Shown here: in pieces, positions 40,054 to 52,760 of the stretch
Layout of the letters: every line of letters starts with the position of its first letter
Position numbering within the stretch: the stretch's first letter is position 1
Assembly: GCA_030655135.1 (NCBI GenBank)
Contig: JAURWC010000042.1
Span: 128,553 to 192,552, forward strand
From: Hyphomicrobiaceae bacterium
Lineage (GTDB): Bacteria > Pseudomonadota > Alphaproteobacteria > Rhizobiales > Hyphomicrobiaceae
Direction of reading: 5' to 3'
Length of the DNA: 64,000 bases
Notes under the pieces: generated by a model
What the model saw: only the letters and a program-made list of their open reading frames with translations
What the model was told of the DNA's origin: nothing
Databases searched by the model: none
Translations under genes and position numbers: made by a program

Positions 40054-40478
40054 CAGTTTGCCCGGTGCCCGGTTGCGGGCCGGCCCGGCAGCCGGCCGGT
40101 GGCAAGGTACTCCACGCTTACATCGTAGAAGCTCAGGATCCCATCGCCCACACCCGCGCCACTTTCGATCTGTTTGGCAACCTTGGCGAAGGGGTAACAC
40201 CAGTCCCCATTGTCAAATTGTACGCCGACCTGACCAACCTCGTCCCTGGCCCACGTTCCGCCCGCTGCCGCGATGATCGAATGACCCAGATGGCTGCCAA
40301 GCACCGCCGTGATCATCGGCGACGGGGACGGCTCGACGGTACGCTGGCGATCGATGAAGCCTTCCAGCCAAGCCACCGAGTCCCTGTCGAACCCGAAGTC
40401 GATGCCGCTGCGATCCTTGAAAGTGGTTATGGCCAGTTCAGAGTTGGCGCGGAGCGCAGCAAGTTCTTCCTCGCTCAT
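40053..40478 (-). CDS. Hypothetical soluble protein (141 aa), no family recognised
   Basis: Start ATG overlaps the nuoC stop (ATGA) and its stop overlaps the next start. Coding-like composition. Confidence 0.55.
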   Translation of the reverse strand: MSEEELAALRANSELAITTFKDRSGIDFGFDRDSVAWLEGFIDRQRTVEPSPSPMITAVLGSHLGHSIIAAAGGTWARDEVGQVGVQFDNGDWCYPFAKVAKQIESGAGVGDGILSFYDVSVEYLATGRLPGRPATGHRAN

Positions 40479-41080
40479 TGTCGCGTGGCCTTTTCATCCC
40501 CCGGCAGGAAATACTCCGCCCGCTCCCAGGGGCTCTCGAAGTCGAACGTGCGGAACTCCTGCGTCAGCTTCACCGGCTCGTAGACGACGCGCTTTTGCGC
40601 GTCATCGTAGCGAACCTCGACATAGCCCGTGAGCGGGAAGTCCTTGCGCAGCGGATAGCCCTGGAAGCCATAGTCGGTCAGCAGGCGGCGAAGATCCGGG
40701 TGACCGGAGAACACGATGCCATACATGTCGTAGGCTTCCCGCTCGTACCAGTTGGCCGTGGGAAACACGTCCACTGCACTGGGCACCGGCTGGGTTTCAT
40801 CGGTACGGATCTTAAGGCGAATGCGATGGTTCAGCCGCGGCGAAAGCATGTGGTAGACGACATCGAAGCGGTTCTCGCGCGCCGGCCAGTCGACACCGCA
40901 AATGTCGATCAGGATCTCGAAGCGGCACAGCGGATCGTCGCGCAGGAACGTCAGCACCGGCACGATTTGGTCTCGCTCGATGCCGATGGTCAGCTCGCCG
41001 TAAGTAATGCCCGACGTTACCACTGCCGAGCCGAGCTTGGCGGCGATGTGCGTTCCAAGGTCGTTCAAGGTCGTCGTCAT
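40475..41080 (-). CDS. nuoC: NADH-quinone oxidoreductase subunit C
   Basis: 201 aa. ...[44 protein letters not shown]... Confidence 0.93.
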   Translation of the reverse strand: MTTTLNDLGTHIAAKLGSAVVTSGITYGELTIGIERDQIVPVLTFLRDDPLCRFEILIDICGVDWPARENRFDVVYHMLSPRLNHRIRLKIRTDETQPVPSAVDVFPTANWYEREAYDMYGIVFSGHPDLRRLLTDYGFQGYPLRKDFPLTGYVEVRYDDAQKRVVYEPVKLTQEFRTFDFESPWERAEYFLPGDEKATRQ

Positions 41081-41125
41081 ATACGCTCTCGGTCGTTGGT
41101 GGCGGCGCTTGGAATAGGCTTGCCG

Positions 41126-41677
41126 CTATCGCTCGATTGTGCCGGTCCGGCGGATCTTCCGCTGCAGCAGCAGGATTCCGTACAGTAACGCTTCCGCCGT
41201 TGGCGGGCAGCCCGGCACGTAGATGTCCACGGGAACGATGCGATCACAGCCGCGCACGACGGCATACGAATAGTGGTAATATCCGCCGCCGTTGGCACAC
41301 GACCCCATCGAGATCACATAGCGCGGCTCCGGCATCTGGTCGTAGACCTTGCGGAGCGCAGGCGCCATCTTATTGGTCAGCGTGCCGGCGACGATCATGA
41401 CGTCGGACTGCCGCGGCGAAGCGCGCGGCGCAAAGCCGAACCGCTCCACGTCGTAGCGCGGCATCGACGTCTGCATCATCTCGACGGCGCAGCAGGCCAG
41501 CCCGAACGTCATCCACATGAGGGAGCCGGTGCGCGCCCAGTTGATGAGGTCGTCCGTGGTGGTGACGAGGAAGCCCTTGTCGGCCAGCTCGTTCGAAATC
41601 TCAGTGAAATACGGGTCGCCCGGCTTCACGAGACCGGTCGATGCCGCAGTGGGTTTGACAGGCGCGATCAATCCCAT
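41126..41677 (-). CDS. nuoB: NADH-quinone oxidoreductase subunit B
   Basis: [10 protein letters not shown], ...[11 protein letters not shown]..., ...VPGCPP... (N2 cluster ligands). Start trimmed to MGLIAPVKP. Confidence 0.93.
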   Translation of the reverse strand: MGLIAPVKPTAASTGLVKPGDPYFTEISNELADKGFLVTTTDDLINWARTGSLMWMTFGLACCAVEMMQTSMPRYDVERFGFAPRASPRQSDVMIVAGTLTNKMAPALRKVYDQMPEPRYVISMGSCANGGGYYHYSYAVVRGCDRIVPVDIYVPGCPPTAEALLYGILLLQRKIRRTGTIER

Positions 41678-42033
41678 TCGAGCGCTCCTTTGCGCCACTC
41701 GTAGATGAAGCCGATGGTGAGAACACCAAGGAACACCATCATCGACCAGAAGCCGAAGGCACCGATTTCCTTGAAGGCCACGGCCCACGGAAACAGAAAC
41801 GCGATCTCGAGGTCGAAGATGATGAACAGCAGCGAGACGAGATAGAAGCGAACGTCGAATTTCATGCGGGCGTCATCGAAGGCATTGAACCCGCATTCGT
41901 AGGCGGACACCTTCTCGGGATCGGGATTGTTCACCGCCAGCAGAAACGGCGCAACCATGAGGCCGGCGCCAATCGCCAGCGCCACGCCGATGAACACGAC
42001 GAGGGGCAGGTAGCCCATCAGAAGTTCATTCAT
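41668..42033 (-). CDS. nuoA: NADH-quinone oxidoreductase subunit A
   Basis: 121 aa, 3 TM. ...[26 protein letters not shown]...[13 protein letters not shown]... GGAAGGA SD before the ATG at 42033. Confidence 0.92.
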   Translation of the reverse strand: MNELLMGYLPLVVFIGVALAIGAGLMVAPFLLAVNNPDPEKVSAYECGFNAFDDARMKFDVRFYLVSLLFIIFDLEIAFLFPWAVAFKEIGAFGFWSMMVFLGVLTIGFIYEWRKGALEWD

Positions 42034-42269
42034 GAAGTCATCCTTCCGCGCCTTTTCCCGCCGGACGCGTACCCGATTGGCGCCACGCATAAACGGCGCA
42101 GCGCACACCGGTGTTAACGTAGGCCAACTTGTCGCGCAACCCAACGCGACAAAAGCACGAGGGAAATCATCAGCGCAGAATTCGAAATCGGTGGACCGAT
42201 AAATTGGAACGATCTCTCACCGCCAAGCAAGCAGCTGCAGATGAGAGTTGTATCGGAGAGGAGGAGGAA

Positions 42270-42346
<77 letters not shown>

Positions 42347-42434
42347 AATTCCTAAACGCGCGCTGGTGGTGACCAGCGCGGTGTCACAGAGCGGTTGGGA
42401 TACGTGGTCACTGCCCCCAAGTCAAGGCGGCGTT

Positions 42435-43403
42435 TCAATGATTTTTGCCATCATCCGCATGGGGGCCTTCCGTGACGCAGTGGCCACTGCCGTCCTCCAG
42501 CTGGATGGTGATGTGATCGATGCCGAAGCGCTCGTGAAGCAGGGTCTCCACGCGCTGGCGGAAGGCCATAGCATCGGCGATGTCCGGGCCGATCTCGATA
42601 TGCGCGGATAGCACATTCTGGCCGCTCGTCATGGCCCATACGTGCAGGCTGTGCAGGCCGGAAAGCCCTGGCACCGCGCGCAACGCCTGCTCGACATCGG
42701 CGATGGCAATGCCTTCCGGTACGCCTTGCAGCAGGATGTTCAGACTTTCGCGCAGGAGCGACCAAGTGCGCGGCAGCACCCACAAGCCGATCGCGACGGC
42801 AACCAGCGGATCGATCCAGTTCCAGCCGGTTAGCCAGATCGCGATCGCCGCCAGGATCACGCCGACCGAGCCAAGCATGTCGGCCCAGACTTCGAGGTAG
42901 GCGCCCTTGACGTTGAGGCTCTCGTCCTTGCCCGCGTCGAGGATCTTCATGCAGGCAAAGTTGACCAGCAGGCCAAGCGACGCAATGGCGAGCATCGGCA
43001 GGGAGTGGACGTCGGCCGGCTGCGTGAAGCGCAGGTAGGCCTCGTAGAGAATGTAGATCGCCACCAGGAACAGCAGCACGGCGTTGAACGCGGCGGCGAG
43101 AATTTCGAAGCGTGCGTAGCCGAAGGTCCGCTTTGCATCTGCGGGCCGCTCGCCCAACTTGACGGCTGCCAACGCGATCGCCAGCCCGGCGGCATCGGTA
43201 AACATGTGGGCTGCGTCGGAAATCAACGCCAGGCTCTGCGTGAGGATGCCGCCCACGACTTCGGCAACGAGGAAGCAGGACGTGAGGATGAGTGCCCAGG
43301 TCAGCTGGCGCGCATTGGCGCCCCGGCCATGATCGTGGCCGTGCCCCCCGCCGTGCCCCTGCGTATGCGTCTTTGAGTGACTATGCGCGTGATCGTGGCC
43401 CAT
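42435..43403 (-). CDS. czcD: Cation diffusion facilitator (Zn/Co/Cd efflux), CzcD-like
   Basis: His-rich N-terminus (MGHDHAHSHSKTHTQGHGGGHGHDHG), 6 TM with ...LISDAAHMFTDA... and ...HVWAMTSG... motifs. Confidence 0.85.
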   Translation of the reverse strand: MGHDHAHSHSKTHTQGHGGGHGHDHGRGANARQLTWALILTSCFLVAEVVGGILTQSLALISDAAHMFTDAAGLAIALAAVKLGERPADAKRTFGYARFEILAAAFNAVLLFLVAIYILYEAYLRFTQPADVHSLPMLAIASLGLLVNFACMKILDAGKDESLNVKGAYLEVWADMLGSVGVILAAIAIWLTGWNWIDPLVAVAIGLWVLPRTWSLLRESLNILLQGVPEGIAIADVEQALRAVPGLSGLHSLHVWAMTSGQNVLSAHIEIGPDIADAMAFRQRVETLLHERFGIDHITIQLEDGSGHCVTEGPHADDGKNH

Positions 43404-43442
43404 GCGTGCGACGACCTATCTAATAACGAGACCGAAGGACGG

Positions 43443-43961
43443 TTATTGCGTCGGCTGCATGCGGCGCATGAAATCGCGCTTGCCGATCTCCAGGCCGTTG
43501 TGGCGCAGGATGCCGTAGGCGGTGGCGCAGTGAAACAGGAAATTCGGCAGCGCGAAGTGCAGCACATAATCGCGGCCGTTGAAGTGCAGTTCGCGCGGGC
43601 CCGCTTTTATGACGAACGCCTTGTCCTCCGCGCCCGCCGTCTGCTCCGGCGTGACGCTGTCGATCACGGCCATCGTTTCGGCAATGCGCTTCTTCAAGTC
43701 GGCAAACGTCTTCTCGCTATCGTCGTGCGCCGGCGGCGTGATGCCGGCAATGCGGCCCACGCACAGCTTGGCGAAATCGCAAGCCGACGTGACCTGACGC
43801 TTCAGCGTGTACATGTCGGGATAGAGCCGCGCGTTGAACAGCGCGTCGGGCTCAATCTTCTTGGCCTCGGCGTATGCGATCGCCTTGTCGAGGATCGCGT
43901 CCAGCGCATCGAGGTGCTGCTTGAACGACGGCACGGCGATATCGTACAGCGAAGTGGACAT
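43443..43961 (-). CDS. DUF1993-family protein
   Basis: 172 aa from MSTSLYDIAVPSFKQHLDALDAILDKA..., the typical DUF1993 N-terminus. ORF-track N-terminal extension discarded. Confidence 0.7.
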   Translation of the reverse strand: MSTSLYDIAVPSFKQHLDALDAILDKAIAYAEAKKIEPDALFNARLYPDMYTLKRQVTSACDFAKLCVGRIAGITPPAHDDSEKTFADLKKRIAETMAVIDSVTPEQTAGAEDKAFVIKAGPRELHFNGRDYVLHFALPNFLFHCATAYGILRHNGLEIGKRDFMRRMQPTQ

Positions 43962-44099
43962 GCCTGTTTGCGCTCCGAGGGGTTCTGATCCAATGTCCGC
44001 CTGCGTTGCTGCGCAACTTCGGCGCCACAGCCTTCGATCGCGCGAGCACGTCTGCGTCAAGCGTCCGGCTTGCCGAGCCGAAGCTCGCAGAGCGAAGGC

Positions 44100-44174
<75 letters not shown>

Positions 44175-44228
44175 TTGCCGCGTGATGTAGCCCTGCCGGG
44201 CGCATTACGCAACCGGGTATTCCAAAGC

Positions 44229-45128
44229 CTAGCGTGCGGGCTTGCGAGCCGCGAACAGGTAAAGGTTGCCGCCGGTACACGATGATAGCGTGCGGCCAGA
44301 CAGCGCGGCGCGCGAGCGGGCGTCTACGGCTGAAAGGATGACCCATGCGCGGTCGAAGGTGGCTTCATCCATCCCGCCGGCGAGAACGAACCGCAACACC
44401 TCTTCGCGCCCCGCCACGTCCGTCTCGTGGGCCGGCGCGGCAAGCCAGTCTGTGATCGCTGCGCGCTCCTCCTTGCTGGTGTAAGGCGGAGCCAGCATCG
44501 CCGGCCGGTCGTTATGATAGGCCTTCAGGCCGGTGAAACCTGCCGCGTTGATCAGTGCGGGCAAGCGAACGGCAATCCATTCCTCGCCGAGGCCGTGAGA
44601 TTCGCGGCCTTTCTCGAACGCCCACCACATGGCGGCGACTTGGCCAAACTGCTCAGCCGTCAAGCTAGCAACTACGGATGTAAGTGAAATGCGGTTGGCG
44701 AAGTTGTCCGGCTCTGACACCAGCAGAAGGCCGCCTGGCGCGAGCAGGTCATATGCGTCGTGAAGCACTGCTGGCACGTTCTGCAAGTGCATCAACACCG
44801 TTTGACAGGTAACCATGTCGTATTGCCGTGGTTCGAGCGCCAATGACGTAATATCGCCTTGCAGCGCTCTGACCCGATCGTTTCCCGCAAACCGCCGTTC
44901 GATCGCAGCAATCCAGCGGCGTTCCCGCTCTACAGCGGTGATCCGGCCGTCAGGCGCGATGCGCTCCAGGATCAGCGAGGTCCAGTGGCCTTTGCCGGCG
45001 CCGAGTTCCAGGACGTTGCGGCAGGCGCCTAGATCCAGGCGCTTGGCCATCAGATCGAGGAAATCGGCATGCCACCAGTGATCGCGCGCAGGCGTGAACT
45101 GGGCGGCGGAATGCGGCTCCCTGGTCAT
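44229..45128 (-). CDS. Class I SAM-dependent methyltransferase, substrate unknown
   Basis: Motif I VLELGAGKGHW. Post-I and motif II-like segments (...ITAVERE..., ...DMVTCQTVLMHL..., ...LAPGGLLLVSEP). Confidence 0.75.
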   Translation of the reverse strand: MTREPHSAAQFTPARDHWWHADFLDLMAKRLDLGACRNVLELGAGKGHWTSLILERIAPDGRITAVERERRWIAAIERRFAGNDRVRALQGDITSLALEPRQYDMVTCQTVLMHLQNVPAVLHDAYDLLAPGGLLLVSEPDNFANRISLTSVVASLTAEQFGQVAAMWWAFEKGRESHGLGEEWIAVRLPALINAAGFTGLKAYHNDRPAMLAPPYTSKEERAAITDWLAAPAHETDVAGREEVLRFVLAGGMDEATFDRAWVILSAVDARSRAALSGRTLSSCTGGNLYLFAARKPAR

Positions 45129-45189
45129 CAGACGTTATAGCTCGCGAACATGACACGAATTTCCGTCAAGCCGGCAAAGATGGACGCTG

Positions 45190-45227
45190 AAATGCAAAGC
45201 GCGTCGCGATCAGGGTCGCGACGCGCT
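45190..45227 (-). terminator. Rho-independent terminator after hupB
   Basis: Perfect 12-bp stem agcgcgtcgcga/tcgcgacgcgct with a 6-nt loop. On the minus strand it is followed by TTGCATTTC. Confidence 0.55.
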
Positions 45228-45251
45228 CGATGATACTTCAGCCGCGGAACC

Positions 45252-45524
45252 TTAGTTCAGCAGATCCTTCAGGCCCTTCGACGGCGTGAACTTGGCAACC
45301 GTCGATGCGGGGATCTTGATCGTGGCGCCAGTTGCCGGGTTACGGCCTTCGCGCGCCTTACGCTTGGCAACCTTGAAGGTGCCGAAATCAGGGATACGGA
45401 CTTCTTCGCCGGCCTTCATCGACTTCTTGATGTGCTCGAGAACGGCTTCGACGGCAACGCCAGCTTTCTCTTTCGTCAGCTCAGCTCCGTTCGCAACAGC
45501 GTCGATCAAATCTTTCTTGCTCAT
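45252..45524 (-). CDS. hupB: DNA-binding protein HU
   Basis: 90 aa. MSKKDLIDAV..., ...GFGTFKV..R.AREGRNPATG... Confidence 0.93.
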   Translation of the reverse strand: MSKKDLIDAVANGAELTKEKAGVAVEAVLEHIKKSMKAGEEVRIPDFGTFKVAKRKAREGRNPATGATIKIPASTVAKFTPSKGLKDLLN

Positions 45525-45734
45525 CTCTATCCGTCCTTATGACTGGAATGCGGGTGGGTATTGGGTCTATTTGGCCTTGATCGCGTGGCGCTACTTTTCG
45601 GCCGCTCGGCCGCGATGAAGGCTGCTGCGTTCGAAGCAGAGGGGGCACAAAAGCCCCCAAATACGGGCTCCGTCAAGGGGTAAAAGCTGCGATTCAGCCC
45701 GAAAATGCTGGGATTGCAGAGCCTTTTCTCATTA

Positions 45735-45777
45735 TGAGAAAATAAAGCACCCGCGTTCACTTTATGAACGCGGGTGC
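45735..45777 (-). terminator. Rho-independent terminator after lon
   Basis: 13-bp perfect stem gcacccgcgttca/tgaacgcgggtgc with a 5-nt loop. On the minus strand it is followed by TTTATTTTCTC. Confidence 0.7.
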
Positions 45778-45812
45778 CACGATTTCGTCAGTAGAAAGAG
45801 TGCAAAAGGCAG

Positions 45813-48233
<2,421 letters not shown>

Positions 48234-48546
48234 GTGCTCTTCACCCTTCCTTGTGATCTGCCGCTGTCCCCTGTTGGGCCACGTTACGGCAGTACGGGTT
48301 GAACGCCCTTACCCGATACTCTACTCAGCCAACCGCCCCGATTATGGCGACGCTTGACTGTTAGTCGTCAAGGGCGCGGGAAAACTTCTATGCCGGTTGA
48401 TGGGTGCTGGTAGGAACCCTGCAACAGTCACGCTGATTTGCCGCCCCGCAGAAATGGGGTTGCCACGCAAACTATCAAGTGCGCGGACGAAAGTGGGATG
48501 AGCCGGGACGGCACGATGATGCGCCGTCCTCACTGGCTCTGAGCGC

Positions 48547-49797
<1,251 letters not shown>

Positions 49798-50144
49798 CTA
49801 AGTTCTCTAACCCGTCCTGGGACAGTTTGGGCGTCACCGCCGCGCGATGTCCTGGTCCCACCTAAGGGAACGCGGCCAAGCCCGCCGCGGGGCACTCGCT
49901 TCATAGTCGCGATCAGAGCATGCTAGCGACCGCCAGATCAAGATTGGATTAACAGGTCCGTTCTGCAAGCACGCTCACTTTAGGCCGATTACCACACATT
50001 TGTGGCGCATCCGCCAGCCCCGAATCCCGTTGTATGGACGGGACAATGTGTCCCGCCCAACAACCAACTGTGGCAGACGGGATGTGGGCGTATGACATTC
50101 CTGCACCGACGCGCCAAACCGCTCGAAAGGAATCATCCTCAGGC

Positions 50145-50795
50145 TCAGCTCGGATCTTTCAATTCGAGCACCTTGAGATCCGAATCATCGCGCGACGACA
50201 GCACCTTATCGATCAAGCCGAAGTCTCGCGCCTGGTCAGCGGTCATGAAATAATCACGATCGAGCGTCTTCTCGATCATTTCGTACGGCTGACCGGTATG
50301 CTTAACGTAAACCTCGTTCAGCCGGCGCTTCATCTTGATGATGTCTTCAGCATGCCGCTCGATGTCGGAGGCCTGGCCGGAGAACCCGCCTGATGGCTGG
50401 TGCACCATCACGCGGGCGTTCGGCAGCGCAAAGCGCATGTCCTTATTGCCGGCGCACAGCAACAGCGAGCCCATCGATGCGGCCTGGCCGATGCACAGCG
50501 TGGCGATCGGCGGCTTGATGAACTGCATGGTGTCGTAGATCGCCATGCCGGCCGTTACCACGCCGCCGGGCGAGTTGATGTACATAGAGATTTCCTTCTT
50601 GGGGTTTTCGGCCTCCAAGAACAGCAACTGCATGCAAACCGACGCCGACATGTGGTCTTCGATCGGGCCGGTGACGAAAATGATGCGCTCCTTCAGAAGG
50701 CGCGACGGCAGATCATAGCCGCGCTCGCCGCGGTTCGTCTGCTCGACGACCATGGGCCAGAAGGTGCTGGTGGTGGTTGCGACGGGATCGCGCAT
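50145..50795 (-). CDS. clpP: ATP-dependent Clp protease proteolytic subunit
   Basis: ...[11 protein letters not shown]... (Ser), ...MVHQPSGG... (His). 216 aa. Confidence 0.96.
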   Translation of the reverse strand: MRDPVATTTSTFWPMVVEQTNRGERGYDLPSRLLKERIIFVTGPIEDHMSASVCMQLLFLEAENPKKEISMYINSPGGVVTAGMAIYDTMQFIKPPIATLCIGQAASMGSLLLCAGNKDMRFALPNARVMVHQPSGGFSGQASDIERHAEDIIKMKRRLNEVYVKHTGQPYEMIEKTLDRDYFMTADQARDFGLIDKVLSSRDDSDLKVLELKDPS

Positions 50796-50995
50796 GAAAA
50801 TCTCCAGAATCGGATTGTCGTGTCGGATGGACTTGTGGCGGCTGAACTAGCGTCGGACTGGCACGCCTACACCGGTGCAGGGCGCACCAAGCTGAGACGG
50901 CCGGACGGTGGTAACGCCCGGCCGGTATTCGAACCAGTTGCTTCGAACCGTATATGGAAACGCAACCCGCCTTCGTCCAGCGGGGGTACCAAAGA

Positions 50996-52351
50996 TCAGG
51001 ATTCCGTCACTTCCTTGACTTGCTCGAACAGTTCCTCGCGCGAGACCTTCTTGTCGACCGGTTTTGCAACTGACAGCAGGTAATCAACAACCTTGTCCTC
51101 GAAGATCGGCGCGCGCAGTTCCTGGATTGCACCAGGCGTTTTCTGGAAATACTCGTAGACGAACTTTTCTTGGCCGGGATAGCGGCGAGCCTGATCCATC
51201 AACGCCTTACGCAGCTCTTCCTGCGTGACTTCGATCTTCTGCTTGTCACCGATCTCGCCAACGACGAGGCCCAGGCGCACGCGCCGCTCGGCGATCTTGC
51301 GATACTCGGCGCGAGCGTCTTCTTCGGTCTTGCCTTCGTCGGCAAAGGTCTTGCCGTCGCGCTGCAGGCCCATGGTGACCTGATTCCACACCGACTCGAA
51401 CTCGCGGTCCACCAATGACGGCGGAAGTTCGAAGGTGTGCGCCTGCTCAAGCGAATCAAGCAGCTCGCGCTTCAGCTTCATGCGGGCGGCGCCATCGTAC
51501 TCGCGCTTGATCTGCTCGCCGACAAGCGTCTTCAGGTTATCGACGCTCTCGGCGCCGAAGCCCTTGGCGAACTCTTCGTCGATTTCCGGGCGCACCTGCT
51601 TGGCGACGGCATTCACCTTGACGTCGAACTGGGCCTCTTTGCCGGCAAGCGCCGGCATCGGGTAATCAGCAGGGAACGTGCCTGTCACCGTGCGCTCGTC
51701 ACCAGCGCCCGCGCCGATCAGGCCTTCTTCGAAGCCCGGAATGAACTGCTTCTTGCCGAGAACCAGCGGCAAGGCTTCGCCTTTGCCGCCTTCGAATTCC
51801 ACACCATCGATCTTGCCGACAAAGTCGATCGTGAGCTGGTCGCCGTCCTCGGCCTTGCGGCCATCTTCCGGCATGTACGTCACGCTGCGATCGACGAGGT
51901 CGGCCAATGCCTTATCTAGCGCGTCGGCGTCGACGTCAGCGACCAGGCGCTCCAACTTCAAGCTTGCGGGGTCGGCCAATTCGAACTTCGGCAGCACTTC
52001 AAACGACATTTCGTAGGCAAGGTCAGCCTTGCCATCGATGATCTTCTCGATCTCGTCCTTGTCTTCGGTCAGTGCGATTGCCGGCATCTGCGCTGGGCGC
52101 TCCTTGCGCTCCGCGATCGCCTTTTCGCTGGTTTCCTTGATCGTCTGCTCAAGGACTTCGCTCATCAGCGAGCGGCCGTAGACCTTGCGGATATGCGCTT
52201 CAGGCACCTTGCCCTTGCGGAAGCCTTTGAGCTGCACGCGATCCTTGACCTCACCCAGCTTCGCTGAGAAGCGCGTTCCAAGCTCCTCTGCGGGAACGAC
52301 GACCTTCAGCGTCCGCTTCAGGCCTTCCGCATTCGTTTCCGTGATCTGCAT
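50996..52351 (-). CDS. tig: Trigger factor
   Basis: MQITETNAEGLKRTLKVVVP..., ribosome-binding GFRKGKVP motif, FKBP-like middle domain. Confidence 0.95.
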   Translation of the reverse strand: MQITETNAEGLKRTLKVVVPAEELGTRFSAKLGEVKDRVQLKGFRKGKVPEAHIRKVYGRSLMSEVLEQTIKETSEKAIAERKERPAQMPAIALTEDKDEIEKIIDGKADLAYEMSFEVLPKFELADPASLKLERLVADVDADALDKALADLVDRSVTYMPEDGRKAEDGDQLTIDFVGKIDGVEFEGGKGEALPLVLGKKQFIPGFEEGLIGAGAGDERTVTGTFPADYPMPALAGKEAQFDVKVNAVAKQVRPEIDEEFAKGFGAESVDNLKTLVGEQIKREYDGAARMKLKRELLDSLEQAHTFELPPSLVDREFESVWNQVTMGLQRDGKTFADEGKTEEDARAEYRKIAERRVRLGLVVGEIGDKQKIEVTQEELRKALMDQARRYPGQEKFVYEYFQKTPGAIQELRAPIFEDKVVDYLLSVAKPVDKKVSREELFEQVKEVTES

Positions 52352-52439
52352 AACGCTCTCGTCCAATACCAAAATGGCCTAAGATCCGACTGCCACAGCC
52401 CGGTGAGCTGGTGGAATTTTCGTGCCTGCCTCGCGTCAC

Positions 52440-52524
<85 letters not shown>

Positions 52525-52760
52525 TGGATACTGCCGAACCGCTCAACCCCGCTAAGCGCGAGGGAGCCCCATCGCGAGGACAGGGTCGTCTTGATCGCTT
52601 GGAGTAAATTCGCCAGCCCTGCTCGTGAACCCGAGAAGGCCGCCCCTATATCGGGGAATTGGCCAGCCGGTGCAAGCCTATTTGCCCGCGATTGGGCCCG
52701 TCAGGCTTGCACAGCGTGTTGCAGCACCCTGATATCGCCAAAACCCTTGCTAAATGGCGC

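Noticed and set aside
48341-48372. Calling the lon-upstream element a sigma-32 (RpoH) heat-shock promoter.
   Set aside because: After CTTG plus 17 nt the sequence is gtcgcca, which does not match the CYTATNT-type -10 element expected for alphaproteobacterial RpoH promoters. It is kept only as a palindrome or promoter-like observation.
49798-50144. The 347-bp clpP-clpX spacer examined for an sRNA, terminator or small ORF.
   Set aside because: It contains only short hairpins (cgggaca-atg-tgtcccg, ccaca-catt-tgtgg) without U-tracts, and no convincing ORF or promoter-terminator pair.
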